From: Antedon mediterranea
Taxonomy: Eukaryota > Animalia > Echinodermata
Assembly: GCF_964355755.1 (NCBI RefSeq)
Contig: NC_092672.1
Span: 33,300,437 to 33,364,436, forward strand
Length of the DNA: 64,000 nt
Reading direction: 5' to 3'
Below, piece by piece: positions 35,373 through 47,500 of this stretch; position 1 is the stretch's first letter; each line of letters begins with the position of its first letter. The translations under genes and the position numbers were made by a program. Under the pieces are notes generated by a model. The model saw only the letters and a program-made list of their open reading frames with translations. It was not told the DNA's origin and searched no databases.

Positions 35373-38300
35373 TTAGACTTCATGTTCTTCATCACGACCA
35401 TCATCATCTAAACCTATTGCTGGATTTTCACCCTCGGTTGTTTCCTCTACGACACACATAGTATTGTAAGTAGCCTCAATAGTATAAGTAGTATTCATGT
35501 CTGTGGTTGAAGTAATTAACTCAGTTACGCTCTCATCTGTGGTTTTCGTGGCTTTCTTTTTTGCAAAATACTTCTTTAGATCTTTATTTAATGATTCATT
35601 TAAAGTTGTCTTCCATTTTTTTCTTCTTTTTCTGAAGGTGAACAAGTAAAATATTGCAACTCCTTGCAGAGAGTTAAACACACAGAATAAGATCAGAAAC
35701 ACGTGATCAGCTTCACTTTCAAAAGACAGAAATCCGAAAATCCATGTCAGGCCCAGGAGTAAAGATATCGCGATGGCGTTGGAGACACGCTTCTTCTTCT
35801 CCTTCAACGTGGTACACTTTTCTTGCACGTTATAGCTTGAGCAGTACAGGCTTCTAAGAATACATATGTATATAATGAAGTTACAAGCCATAGCGATTGC
35901 AATCGGGGTAATAACAGCGTAGATAAAGACGTTCGATTCATGTGTGTTTAGGTAACAACTGAAAAAACCCGAAAAATGGTTTTGGTTAATAATATTGTTG
36001 CTCTACGGAAATAAACTAAAAAAGAAAAATTAACAGTAAACTCATATAAAATATAGCCAATATTTAGACCTATAATGAATACAATTATTTTGTTTGCCTA
36101 CTGTGGAATTGGGGTTTGATTTTAACATTTTATTATAAAGAAATGAAGCCCGGTGGGTATACTTACTAATTTGTGTTTTTATAGAATGACACATCAACTG
36201 AGAGTAGAACTACTAGTGGTATCAATGGAAGACCTAGAAAAAGAAAACAATTGAGATTGTATTTTTGCATTTTGTTTGCGGTAACCTTTAGGCTATTATC
36301 ACACAGGGGCCGAATCCGGGTCCAGTGTGAATGGATATTTAGCTTTTGAAAACATACGGTACATACCCCAGGCCAAGATCACAGAACGTCGTAAAAGGTT
36401 CGAGGTGTTAGCGTCAACTACTTTAACCAACAGCAAATACATATTTGTTGCTTCCACGGATGTCCATGCGACAGACGTCAACAGAAAGTAATGTAACAAT
36501 ACAGCTATTGTTGTACAAGCTACAGTTCCTGGAGTTGCAGTATCAATACCACATATGAATGTGATATACAGACAAGTTAGTGAGATGCAAAGGTTTAACA
36601 GTATTTTCTGAGGTTGAAGCTTACGAAAGGTTCTGTTAAAATTAATTTATACATTTGTTATTCCATGGACACAATGCATTTGTATTTCATTTTTCCAGAC
36701 AAACCTATCTTTCTATAATTGAGAACTTACTTTTTTGATAGGCTAACGTATATTGTTATCAGTAGACACAGTATTGACACCCCACAACCTACATACGTCA
36801 CTATGTCCAAAACCAATACAACTTTACTTTTCAACGTATTTGGAAACTGAAAAAGAAAGGAAAATAAAGCAGCACATTTCTAATAAATGCTAATAATTAT
36901 GAACCAATAAAACTAATGTAATCACATTTTAGATAAAGTAAAGCTTACAAATAAAACAGCGAAATTTGTCAGATGTGTACAGTGGCATGTTATGCTGCCA
37001 TCATCGTCCATGCCAACAAGCATACATCCATCTTCTGACCAATCACCAAAGCCGTTGAGAGTTGCGTTCCAAAAAACACATGAAACATCCTCGTATGCCT
37101 TCAAAATAAACCATTTGTATTATTATAGTGTTTAGGCCTATTTCAAAAGATTTCGAAGTGACGTTAATTAGAAGAAGTAATTACAATGATCACAAGTTGA
37201 GCACTACAATATCACCCTGTTTGGTGTCCTAAAAGTTCCTCTGGAATTAATTTGCAGCTTTTTAAAATTGACAGGTCGTCTTGTATAGGAGTTGTTCATA
37301 GTTTTTACTGAAGTCTTAATCTAAATGTAAGGATGTGTGGACGACAACACAAAAGGAAAAACACGCCTTTTCTCACTTTTACCACGGTCCGGTGGTGTAT
37401 TTGGTTTTAATTTGTTTTTAGCATAACAATAGAGATCAGTATGGTCCTTTTAATTAGATCTTTAATTAAGTAAGAGACAAAACTATTTGCTTCCTTGACC
37501 GGTTCATGAATACAAAAAAAAGAAAATCATTTGAAAAAGACTGTTACAATTATAGGGGGCAGTAACACCTATAGGGGGCAGTATTTAATTATCACATGAT
37601 TAGATTAATCCCCACACTCCCCTGTTTAAGCTGAGTTTGTCCTCAAACTTAATATTATTCACAACAAGAAGAATCTTTTCAGCATTTTCAGAGTCAATGC
37701 CAGCATCATCAGGCCAGTCAGGGTAAACGTCTCCAGTACCATCGTCTTCAACAAAGGACTCTACACATTCCCCTTCGGCTCCCACAAAGTGTCTCATCTT
37801 CTTCTCTGGGAGAACATATACTGTGTTTCCATTCCCATGGGCAGCACGCCTAGTTGCTTCTAGTTCGGCTCTTAGCTCATCAACCGTCCTCTGCACATCT
37901 CGCAACGATGCCTTGCTTGCCATCACTGATCTCTAATGTTAAAGCCAAATACGATCCACGATCCCACTTCTGACACCAAATTGTAAGGATGTGTGGACGA
38001 CAACACAAAAGGAAAAACACGCCTTTTCTCACTTTTACCACGGTCCGGTGGTGTATTTGGTTTTAATTTGTTTTTAGCATAACAATAGAGATCAGTATGG
38101 TCCTTTTAATCAGATCTTTAATTAAGTAAGAGACAAAACTATTTGCTTCCTTGACCGGTTCATGAATATAAAAAAAAGAAAATCATTTGAAAAAGACTGT
38201 TACAATTATAGGGGGCAGTAACACCTATAGGGGGCAGTATTTAATTATCACATGATTAGATTAATCCCCACATAAACAATAAAGGATAAAAAACAAAGAT

Positions 38301-41300
38301 ATAAAGCGGATAGATACAGCACACAAACATTTACCTTTTTAATATTGAAGACAATTTTAACGGGTTCTTCAAACACGGGTGGAAGGCTGTCGTCATACAC
38401 GGTGGCTGATAGAATAACACTCGATATGCTGAGATTTCCTGAACTCGACGACTGGAACAATTTTGAATTGTAATATGATGTAAAGCTGACATTTGATTTT
38501 TTATCTGTTTTAAAGTTAAACAATATAATAGTAAGTATAGATATAGTACTTTACGTTGTAATTGTTGACACTGGTATTAGAAAAGCAGTTGATACTATCT
38601 CGCCAGGAGCACTCAAATATACATTGAACTATCTCTATTAGGTAATATATAACTAATGCGAGCTATCAAATGCATTTCAAATATGATACAGTTATAAGTT
38701 AATGGACATTTTATACTTTACACAACACGTTACAAAATTTTACATTTTGTTTTAATCAGTAACAGTAACAGAATAATTCTAGCATGAGTAAACGTACCGT
38801 TTGAAACCAGGTCACGTGGTAATGTGATAGACTGGTCATTGGCGCTACAACCACCATCAATACAAACCTCAGTCTCTTTCTTATCTTGTTTCACAGCAAA
38901 TACCACATCATGTCGAAGATTATCAGAGTCAAAACTTAAAGTCTGTACAGACAGCGTTTCTTCATTTTGAGTATAATTCTGGCCATTAGTGGCAGCTGTA
39001 CTAATTTGTTGCTCAAAAGACTCCAGGATGACAGAGGTTGTTGCAGGTGTAAGAACAGTGTCTTCTGAGTCGGATGCGACTAGTACTGCATCAACAATAC
39101 TTACTATGGCATCAGTGACCTAATATTTTACATTGTAAGATAACCTTGTGAGTTAAAGATGTATTGTTCCCCAAAACATGAAAAATTAAGGTAAATTAAA
39201 TCAAACTTGAATAGGTTATTTTGTAGTTCCAATAAAGTTAATCACTTCCGTAGAAAAAAAACACCGAAAAAACAATGTTTTCACTAAATAAAATGATAAA
39301 AAATAAATGGTTAAATGGAACTAAAAATCCATTGGCTGGCAGTCAATTTTACAATTTTTTTGCTTTAAATTACATTTTTTTCAGATAAATACATTTTATT
39401 TTGGATCAAATTCTTGGTCAAAGTGGATAACTATTATGTAACAATAAAATGGCATATTCAACAGAAAATATTTTAATAATTATTTTTTCAGGTGGACAAT
39501 ACATCTTTATGTGACATTTATGATGACATACCTCCGATTACTGGGACTGTTACAATTACAGATATTTCAGTTTTATAGGTAACAGTATTATAATAATTGT
39601 ACTGCATGTTTAACTTACATTTTCATTTGTTGATTCAATATCAGTTATTGTTTCCAGAGCTACGGATACTTCTTGTATATCAGCTGGTTGAAGGTCACCA
39701 ACGTCTTCTGCTTTCTCTACTATTTCTTCAAGTTCAACTGCAACCTTTTCTACGTTGTCTTCACCAACGTTCTAAAGAGAGGCTTAAACAAGTTAAAGAT
39801 ATGTTCCAGGCTGACTAGACTGGAAACACATAATATAACTTATAATATAACACAGGTTTACATTTCTTGGTGTCGATAAAGAACATTCATCGTAAATGTA
39901 TAATTATTGGTACTGTATTATGAAAGTGTGTGCCAATTATACGTTACTACAAAAGCAATGATAATATGATGTAAATTTATAAATTAATGTCGGCACCGTA
40001 CCTTCGTTAGATTATTGATTTCTTCAGATAGATCAGTTTCTATAATAATAATAATAATTAAATACAATTAATTAAAACTAAAACATTATTTCATTTTGTA
40101 AAATAGGAATTGTTTAGAACGTAGGACATAGGATTGCATAAAATACTATGAAGCAAAGAAGCAAAATAAACACACCTGGGCATTATTTCAAACTATCACG
40201 AATACGAAATCGATTTAATATCCTATGGAAATGTGGTCTTATTTGTTGGTTCTGTGCAGTAATCAAATAATTCTACATTCATACTGTTACATACCGATTG
40301 TTATGTAAAATGAGCACATTTCTTGCTGCCCTGCTACGTCTGTTGTATTACACGTGACTGTTGTAACCGATCCGATTGGATAAGAGTCTCCTGGTTTATT
40401 TGAACAATAAACCGGTGGTGGCGGTGTTTCATCAGCTTTTGCTATTGGTATTAGCCAATCCGGAGTTGTATCCGTAGATGATATGTCACTGGGACATTTG
40501 ATCGTTGGCGGAGCTTTCGTGAAAATGGTATAGTAAATAAAAAATAACTTACTAAAATGTGCAAACATTATAGAAATAATTATAAAACATATTATTGTTA
40601 TACACAAGTCTTAATTATTAGATTCAGATTTATTGGTCCTTCCGGAAATTCATGTCAGCCTTACATCGCTCAAAGTTTAAAGTAAATAGTTATATAGGCC
40701 TATATATTTAAAAAATAGAACATAACAGGCTTGGATACACCTTTTGAAATGGATGCAAAGAAACAGCCAAAAGTTATTAATTTACTGGAAATGAAAGGTA
40801 TTAGTTTCAATTATATAATATAAAAAACAAGGAAAACCTTTTGTAGTAAGCAGGTCTGGTGACGTTGTTGCCGCCGACTGTGTAGTAAAACTTCTCAATG
40901 TTGTGAATGGTTCTCCTGCTGTTGTATTTATCGTAACATTATAATATTCTAACAATGTGTACGACAACAATGACGTCATCAATTCAGGTGTTATTGGCTC
41001 CTCTGTAGTATTTGTTGTAACATTATAATATTCTAACGATGTGTACGACAACAATGACGTCAGCAGTTCAGGCGTTATTGGCTCCTCTGTAGTATTTGTT
41101 GTAACATTATAATATTCTAATGATGTGTACGATAACAATGACGTCAGCAGTTCAGGTATTATTGGCTCCTCTGTAGTATTTATTGTAACATTGTAATATT
41201 CTATTCTGGTATTTGATAGCCATGTTGAGAGCATGTCAGACGTTGTTGGTTTCGCTGATCTTGTATTTTTCGTAGGTGTATCATTGTTGGAAGGTGGACT

Positions 41301-43325
41301 TCGGTCATTTTCAGTACTTTGTAAATCTACCACATCAGTCAGAAAGGAAGTCGAATCACTTACAGGTGGTTCCATAGTAGTTACGGGTGAACCTATTTTT
41401 GAACGAATTTTGAATACAATTAAATATAGTTTAAACATAAACTTAGTAGGCCTACCTATTTTACGCAAGGAATTAATGTTATAAACACAGTGACAACAGG
41501 ATCATAACGTCATTTGTGATTGCTATTTGTATCTTGTAGGCCTATTTAATAGTGCAATACTAAAACTAATATCAACTTGTTTTAGGTAGAGACCTACATA
41601 CCATCACTGATATAGATATCGTCGATTGCAATATCGCCAGTAAAAGAATTTCCGGAAATGCCTTCAAAAACGATGTAATTGTCAACATAACCAGATTCAG
41701 TTTGGACGAATTTTACTGAAGCATTATGCCATACATCTCCTTGACTACCACTTTTTGACCATAAAAGGTTGTCAGGCCAGCGTGAATATGGCATTCTGTA
41801 AACGTTTAGTGTCCCAATAGTAAATCCGTACATGTGGTAGTAAAAGGATAAGGTCACATTTTTACCGTTTGGTAACACTGGACTTTTTAGGCGAGCCGAC
41901 ATCCCTTCAGTTATTGGATATGATGTTTCAATGTGAACATAATAATCCTCTTTGTTTAAAAAGAAAAAAAACCAATTATACATTTATATTAGCAAGTGTT
42001 ATTCAATGCACGGTATACAGTAGGCAAGAAATTAGGAGGAAGTAAATGTTAAATATAATAATAAATATGCTTTTTTTTTTTGTCTTATGCAGGATCGACC
42101 CACTTTTATTTCTTCATCAATAAAATGTTCGTTTACAATGAGTACATTGAGCACATGAGTAATGTAATGATACAATACAATATAATTGACATTAACTAAC
42201 TTTCAGTACAACTGTTATCTCACTCCTACCATTGCATTTTATATATAATAGTATAAGGAAAGAAAACAAAATTCCTCTATGTTATACACTCTTTACACGT
42301 TTTTCAATCCTTAACAATGTACGTATAATTTACCACAGAATTCTTAATTTTATAACTCTTTTTATCTCTTTCAGGCAATAAAAAAAAAAAAAAAAAAAAA
42401 AAAAAAGTTATATTTTACTTTACCTAAATATCAATTTTATAAACGTTAATTTTATACCTTGCTAAATTGTTACGGTCCATATCTGACCACATTTTTTTTG
42501 CCTTTTCTTTATTTATTAAAAACTCACAATTGATTATATCTTCTAACTCCGCAGTGAACATTAACCATGGACATTTTTTAACAAGTCCTAGTCTGTGTTT
42601 GATAAATATGCTTTGTTGAAATGTAGAGGGAAAAAAGTCCCCCAGCTTACCTGTATAGCCGGAATGGCCGTTTGTCGGTCCAGTTCCAGGTGAATATGTA
42701 GAATTATGCGTCCGTGTCCAATTGAAATCATCATTATATTCCTGAGTCCAACCACCAAAACCAGACTGGAAATCTGTTTTTATAACAGCAGCGGTAACTT
42801 AAATAGAATCAGAAAGAGAAATCAAGAAGCCAATCTCCACTCTTTCCTAGTATTCTGGCTATGGTTACTTTTTAGAAAGAGCTTATAGAAATAACGTAAA
42901 AGATATAATCATTTTAAAAAAATGAATAAATTATCTAATGACCATACAATTTACAATAGCAAAGAAAATTCTAAATGTTAAAAAACAAAATTGTCAAAAA
43001 TACAAAAAGATGATTATATCAATAGGAACCCAATTTTGGAGGTGGATATATTCTATAAACTAAATCATCAATTGAATTAATATGTTACAACTTATCAATA
43101 ATAATATAAAAAAAAACCACTTTAACCAAAAACTTCACAAACAAGAAATAAATAAATAATAAAGGAAATAAATACATTAAAAATAATAAATAAAATGAAT
43201 ATTGTTTCTTATAAAGTGTATTTTTTATAACATTATAAACAAACATAAAAAACTGAATCACCACGAAACTTACCAATACCAGATAATAGTGATAGAAACA
43301 CTACTGTCACAATCGATATTTCCAT
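35373..43325 (-). CDS. Gene B: adhesion GPCR, signal peptide-MAM-mucin-HYR-GAIN/GPS-7TM (intact, 14 exons)
   Basis: Signal exon 43325-43274 (MEISIVTVVFLSLLSGI). MAM 42797-42651 and 41949-41602 (DFQSGFGGW..DDFNW..TGP; ARLKSP..LSFYYHMYG..IGTL..GDIAIDDI). Mucin 41392-40838. HYR 40513-40295. GAIN 40039-40002, 39771-39619, 39119-38798, 38504-38335. GPS 37098-36949 (CTHL|TNFAVLF). 7TM 36846-36731, 36632-36367, 36233-36167, 35958-35373. All exon phases are compatible. Confidence 0.92.
37326..38272 (-). mobile_element. Miniature, internally deleted Gypsy/Ty3-type LTR retrotransposon (TRIM-like)
   Basis: Two 291-bp TG..CA LTRs (37326-37616 and 37982-38272) with about two visible mismatches. 4-bp TSD TAAA. 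PBS TGGTGTCAGAAGTGGGAT (tRNA-Leu-like) next to the 5' LTR. PPT AAACAGGGGAG. Internal ORF 37926-37600 with a Gag-like start. Confidence 0.92.
39157..39506. mobile_element. Kolobok-like MITE
   Basis: Termini TTAA|AGATGTATTGT and ACAATACATCT|TTAT. Confidence 0.55.
40915..41205 (-). repeat. Coding 84-bp tandem repeat (about 3.5 units) in the gene B mucin exon
   Basis: Repeated 28-aa unit LEYYNVTTNTTEEPITPELLTSLLSYTS. Confidence 0.9.
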
Positions 43326-44572
43326 TATCGTTACGTTTATGGATCGCTCTCAAATCAAGTTAACCACACTATGCATAAATAATGTCTCTTCGTCCGTGTA
43401 CGTGTCAAAAATAAACTTGTTTTTATGATACCCTGATACAACATTGTTTGACTTATTTATTTATTACCCTATTTTTAATAAAGCTGGTTTAAATTTAGCT
43501 TATTATCAATATTGGTATTGAATTGAATCACATACACAGCAGGTGACAAATAACATACACACACACTTTAAGTTTATTCCTTTATCAAAAGACAAAAAGT
43601 TATATTCCACACATTTTTCGATTTACAGTATAGTTTGTTTGTATTGGCGAAGTTTACAGGCTAAACAAACAGAATAATAATGAAGTTTTGAGGAAATGAA
43701 ACTGTATTTATTTTATTTTAGTTCCCCATAGCAAATAATGTTCACCAATGAACTTACTGTACATACGATTGGTTTCAAAGAGAATTGTTTCCTTTTATTT
43801 TCAATTTGTATGCTTAATTGAATAAGTTAATATAAAAATTGTGTTTATTTACACATAAAAGTTCGGTGTTATTACTTCTATTATTTATTTACTCGTGACC
43901 CGTACTTAACAAACACGAACCGCATGCTTTACAAAACAACATATTCTTTTAAATAAAGCTGTGGTTTTGTCATAGGAAATATTTGTATGCATGATTATAA
44001 TTATGTCGTATATTGAACTCAGAGCACTGAACTTTCAGATGCAATTCCATCAAGCTTTTTTTCTGAAAAAAAAGTACACTTCAATCTAAACGTTTTCTTG
44101 TGGTGGTACAGTATATACAGATTTTACAAACGTAGATATTTCTTTATTTCAGTTACAAGCATTACTAATACATTTTTTTAATGGTGTAATATCTTTTCAT
44201 ATTGCGTATATCTTACATTAAATAATGCTAACATTGCAACAGTAAATGATGGCACGAGGGCGTAAGTGCGTTTATTGGATTTACTTGTCAAAATCCACTA
44301 TACATGTGCAAACTACACTATTACGTTTTAACATAGGAAAGTGAACTTTCACTCTTCCCTTGTTTAAATCAGGTGAGTATAGCCTAAATTTGTGCAAGTT
44401 TTTGATAATTATATTACTGTATTAAAAAAATAAAATATAAAAAATTCTAAAAGGAAATTCTAAGCCTAAAAACTGTTTAAGTCAGTTGGTGCTAGAATTT
44501 ATGACGGAGGTGAGGCATCCCTGAGAGACGGACGTGCATGCATGATAGAACTATACTCAACTGAAAAGCTGT

Positions 44573-47500
44573 TCATTCACTGTTGCCTTCTTCACTAGTT
44601 TCAAATGCTGGATTTTCGACCTCGGGTTTAAAGGTACTAAAATTTCCAGCTGCTGTGGTTGGTAAAATTGACATTGTTATTTCACTAGTAGTAGTCACAG
44701 TTTCTGTAGTTGAATGATTAAGAGTGTATAACTGATTTGGTCTATACTTCTTCTTGAAACATTTCTTTAAATCTTTAAATTCTTTCTGTCTGAACGTGAA
44801 CAAATAAAATATTGCCACTCCTTGGAAAGAGTTAAACACGCAGAACAATATTAGAAACACGAGGTCAGTTTTGCTCTCAAAAGACAGAAATCCAAAAACC
44901 CATGTCAGGCCTAAGAGCAGAGAAATAGCGATAGCGTTGGTGACCCGCTTTTTCTTTTCTTTTGAACTAACATCTTTATTCAGTAATTTAGATCGCGAGC
45001 AGTATAAATTTTTAAGAACCACTATGAATATAACCGAGTTAAAAACGATGGCAATTGCGATTGGAATAAGAACAGCGTAGATGAAGACGTTGAATTCCGA
45101 AGTGTTGAGATAACAGCTGTAAATCACAAAGATATTAGTTTTTAATACTGTAATAGCATAATGATTTGTATAGTAACTATAGACAAGGTCCAATCGACTT
45201 GTGGACCAATAGAAAAGAACCAACATGTTATTTTTGAATAGTTAGAATGATTTGTAGGGAACAATAGACAAGGACCAATAGAGATGGACAAAATGCTATG
45301 TTTTCAGTTTGCAGAATGATTTGTAATAGCAATAAACAAGGTCCAATAGACAAGGACCAATAGAAATGGACCAAATGTTATTTTTTCCATTAGTTGGCAT
45401 AATGATTTGTAATAACAATATACAGGGTCCAATAGACAAAGACCAACTTTTATATATTTGTTCAGTATGTATTGTAGTAATAGACTAATATAGTATCTTG
45501 TGAGTTTAGAAACTTTTTTTGAACTGTAGAAAATGATAAGTACACTTACTAGTCTGGGTTTTCATAGAATGAGACATCTACTGATAGTAAAACTATCGGT
45601 GGTATGCATGGAATACCTAGAAGAAGAAAGAAAATACCGATTATATAACATGGTATATAGTTAGTACCAATACATAGAAGTTATATCAGTATCAATGAGA
45701 TTATATTCAATAGTAGAGCCTTTCCTTTGTGACACCACAGTGAGTCAGGTGCTCCTGAAGGTGTCCCCTTATTAGTGGTTTTATCGTAGTACACTATTCT
45801 AAGAATACTGTAGGATTAAACTTGTCATTTAATGTTGTGACATGTGTATTGGCGTCAAAAGAACAACTTTGAAACTCACTTACCCCAAGCAAAGACCATT
45901 GAAAACCACAAAAACTTGGAAGACTTAGCGTTAAAAACTTTCACAAATAACAAATACATATTGGCTGCTTCCACGGATGTCCATGCGACAGACGTCAACA
46001 GAAAGTAATGTAACAATACAGCTATTGTTGTACAAGCTACAGTTCCTGGAGTTGCGGTATCAATGCCACATATGAATGTGATATACAGACAAGTTAGTGA
46101 GATGGAAAGGTTTATTAGTATTTTCTGAGATTGACGTTTTCGAAGAGTTCTGTTGAAAAGAGTAGAGTACACTTATTTAAGTAATGAAACTTTGTAAAAT
46201 ACTGCATGCATTTGAGTGACTTAAGCACACTATTGGTGTCATTGCAGGCAGATTTTCACTATGAATGTCATCTTTCCACGCAATTCTGAACTTGTGTTTT
46301 GTAATTCTGAATAAATCGGTTAAAGAAATATTAGGCCTACAATAACTTACTTTATTGATAGGCTAAATACTATTGTAATCAACAGGCATAATATTGACAC
46401 CCCACATCCTACATACGTCACAATGTCCAAAAATAATTCAACACCTTCCGACAATTCGTTATGGAACTAAAAGAAAAGGACAAAAGTTTAACTGCTCAAT
46501 CCCACTACCAGTACAGTATGTTGACTTTCAACATTGTATTGTAATGATAATGTATTTCCTCAATAAAAAGAATACAAATGGTTAGATTCAGGAAAAGTAT
46601 TTGCTAGGGGGAAATAAAAATTCACGAAGGAGATTTTGCAGAAAAAAAAAATATTTGGATGGTCAGAAAGCGAAGTTATTAAATTTACTTTAACTTTACA
46701 TTTTGTTTGTTTCCAATTTGCACAGTTTATTTTGGTTACAGTATTATAAATAAAACTTACAAATAAAACAGCAAAATTTGTAAGATGTGTACAGTGGCAT
46801 GCTATACTGCCCTCATCATCCATATTGACTAGCATACACCCCTCTTCTGACCAATCACCATAAACGTTGAGAGTTGAGTTCCAAAACACACAAGTAGCAT
46901 TTTGATCTGCATAATCCTGCTCCAATAGACGTAATAATAATATAAATGAATGAAATATGAAAAACGACAATAAATAGTTCAGCATGGTTTAAATTGTGGT
47001 AGATCTTTGCACATGCAATTATCAAAATAAAGATTTTTGTTTTCTGATAATACCTTAGGTATATTAAAGACAATTTTAACAGGTTCTTCAAACACAGGTG
47101 GAAGGCTGTCGTCATACACAGTTGCTGATAGAATAACATCGGTTAGGTTGAGATTTCCAGAACTAGATGACTGGAACAGTTTTGAATTGTAATATGATGT
47201 AAAACTAACATTTGATCTTTTATCTGTTTGAAATAAGTCAGAAAATGATTATGTATCATATTATAATGTTCAGTGAATATAACATGCTTGGTATACATGC
47301 TGATATCCAAGCTTTATTGTTGCAAAAAGGAAAAAAAAACCAAAAGATCAGAGGCAACCACAACGAGTTTTTAATTGTTTATTCTTACTTATTAGATAAA
47401 TTAGTACATTTTAGATGTTTAGGTATGTGGTACTGTTGCTAAATAATGGTATAACTGTAGCAAAAATTGATCAGTGATAGTTTAGTATAGTAATATGGTA

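Noticed and set aside
42370-42405. AATAAA plus poly(A) run as a processed retrocopy
   Set aside because: No TSD or recognisable upstream coding or LINE body could be identified by eye.
45180-45450. GTCCAATAGACAAGGACCAATAG repeats (also about 58150-58215)
   Set aside because: Probably decayed transposon-arm repeats. Boundaries and TSD are not definable.
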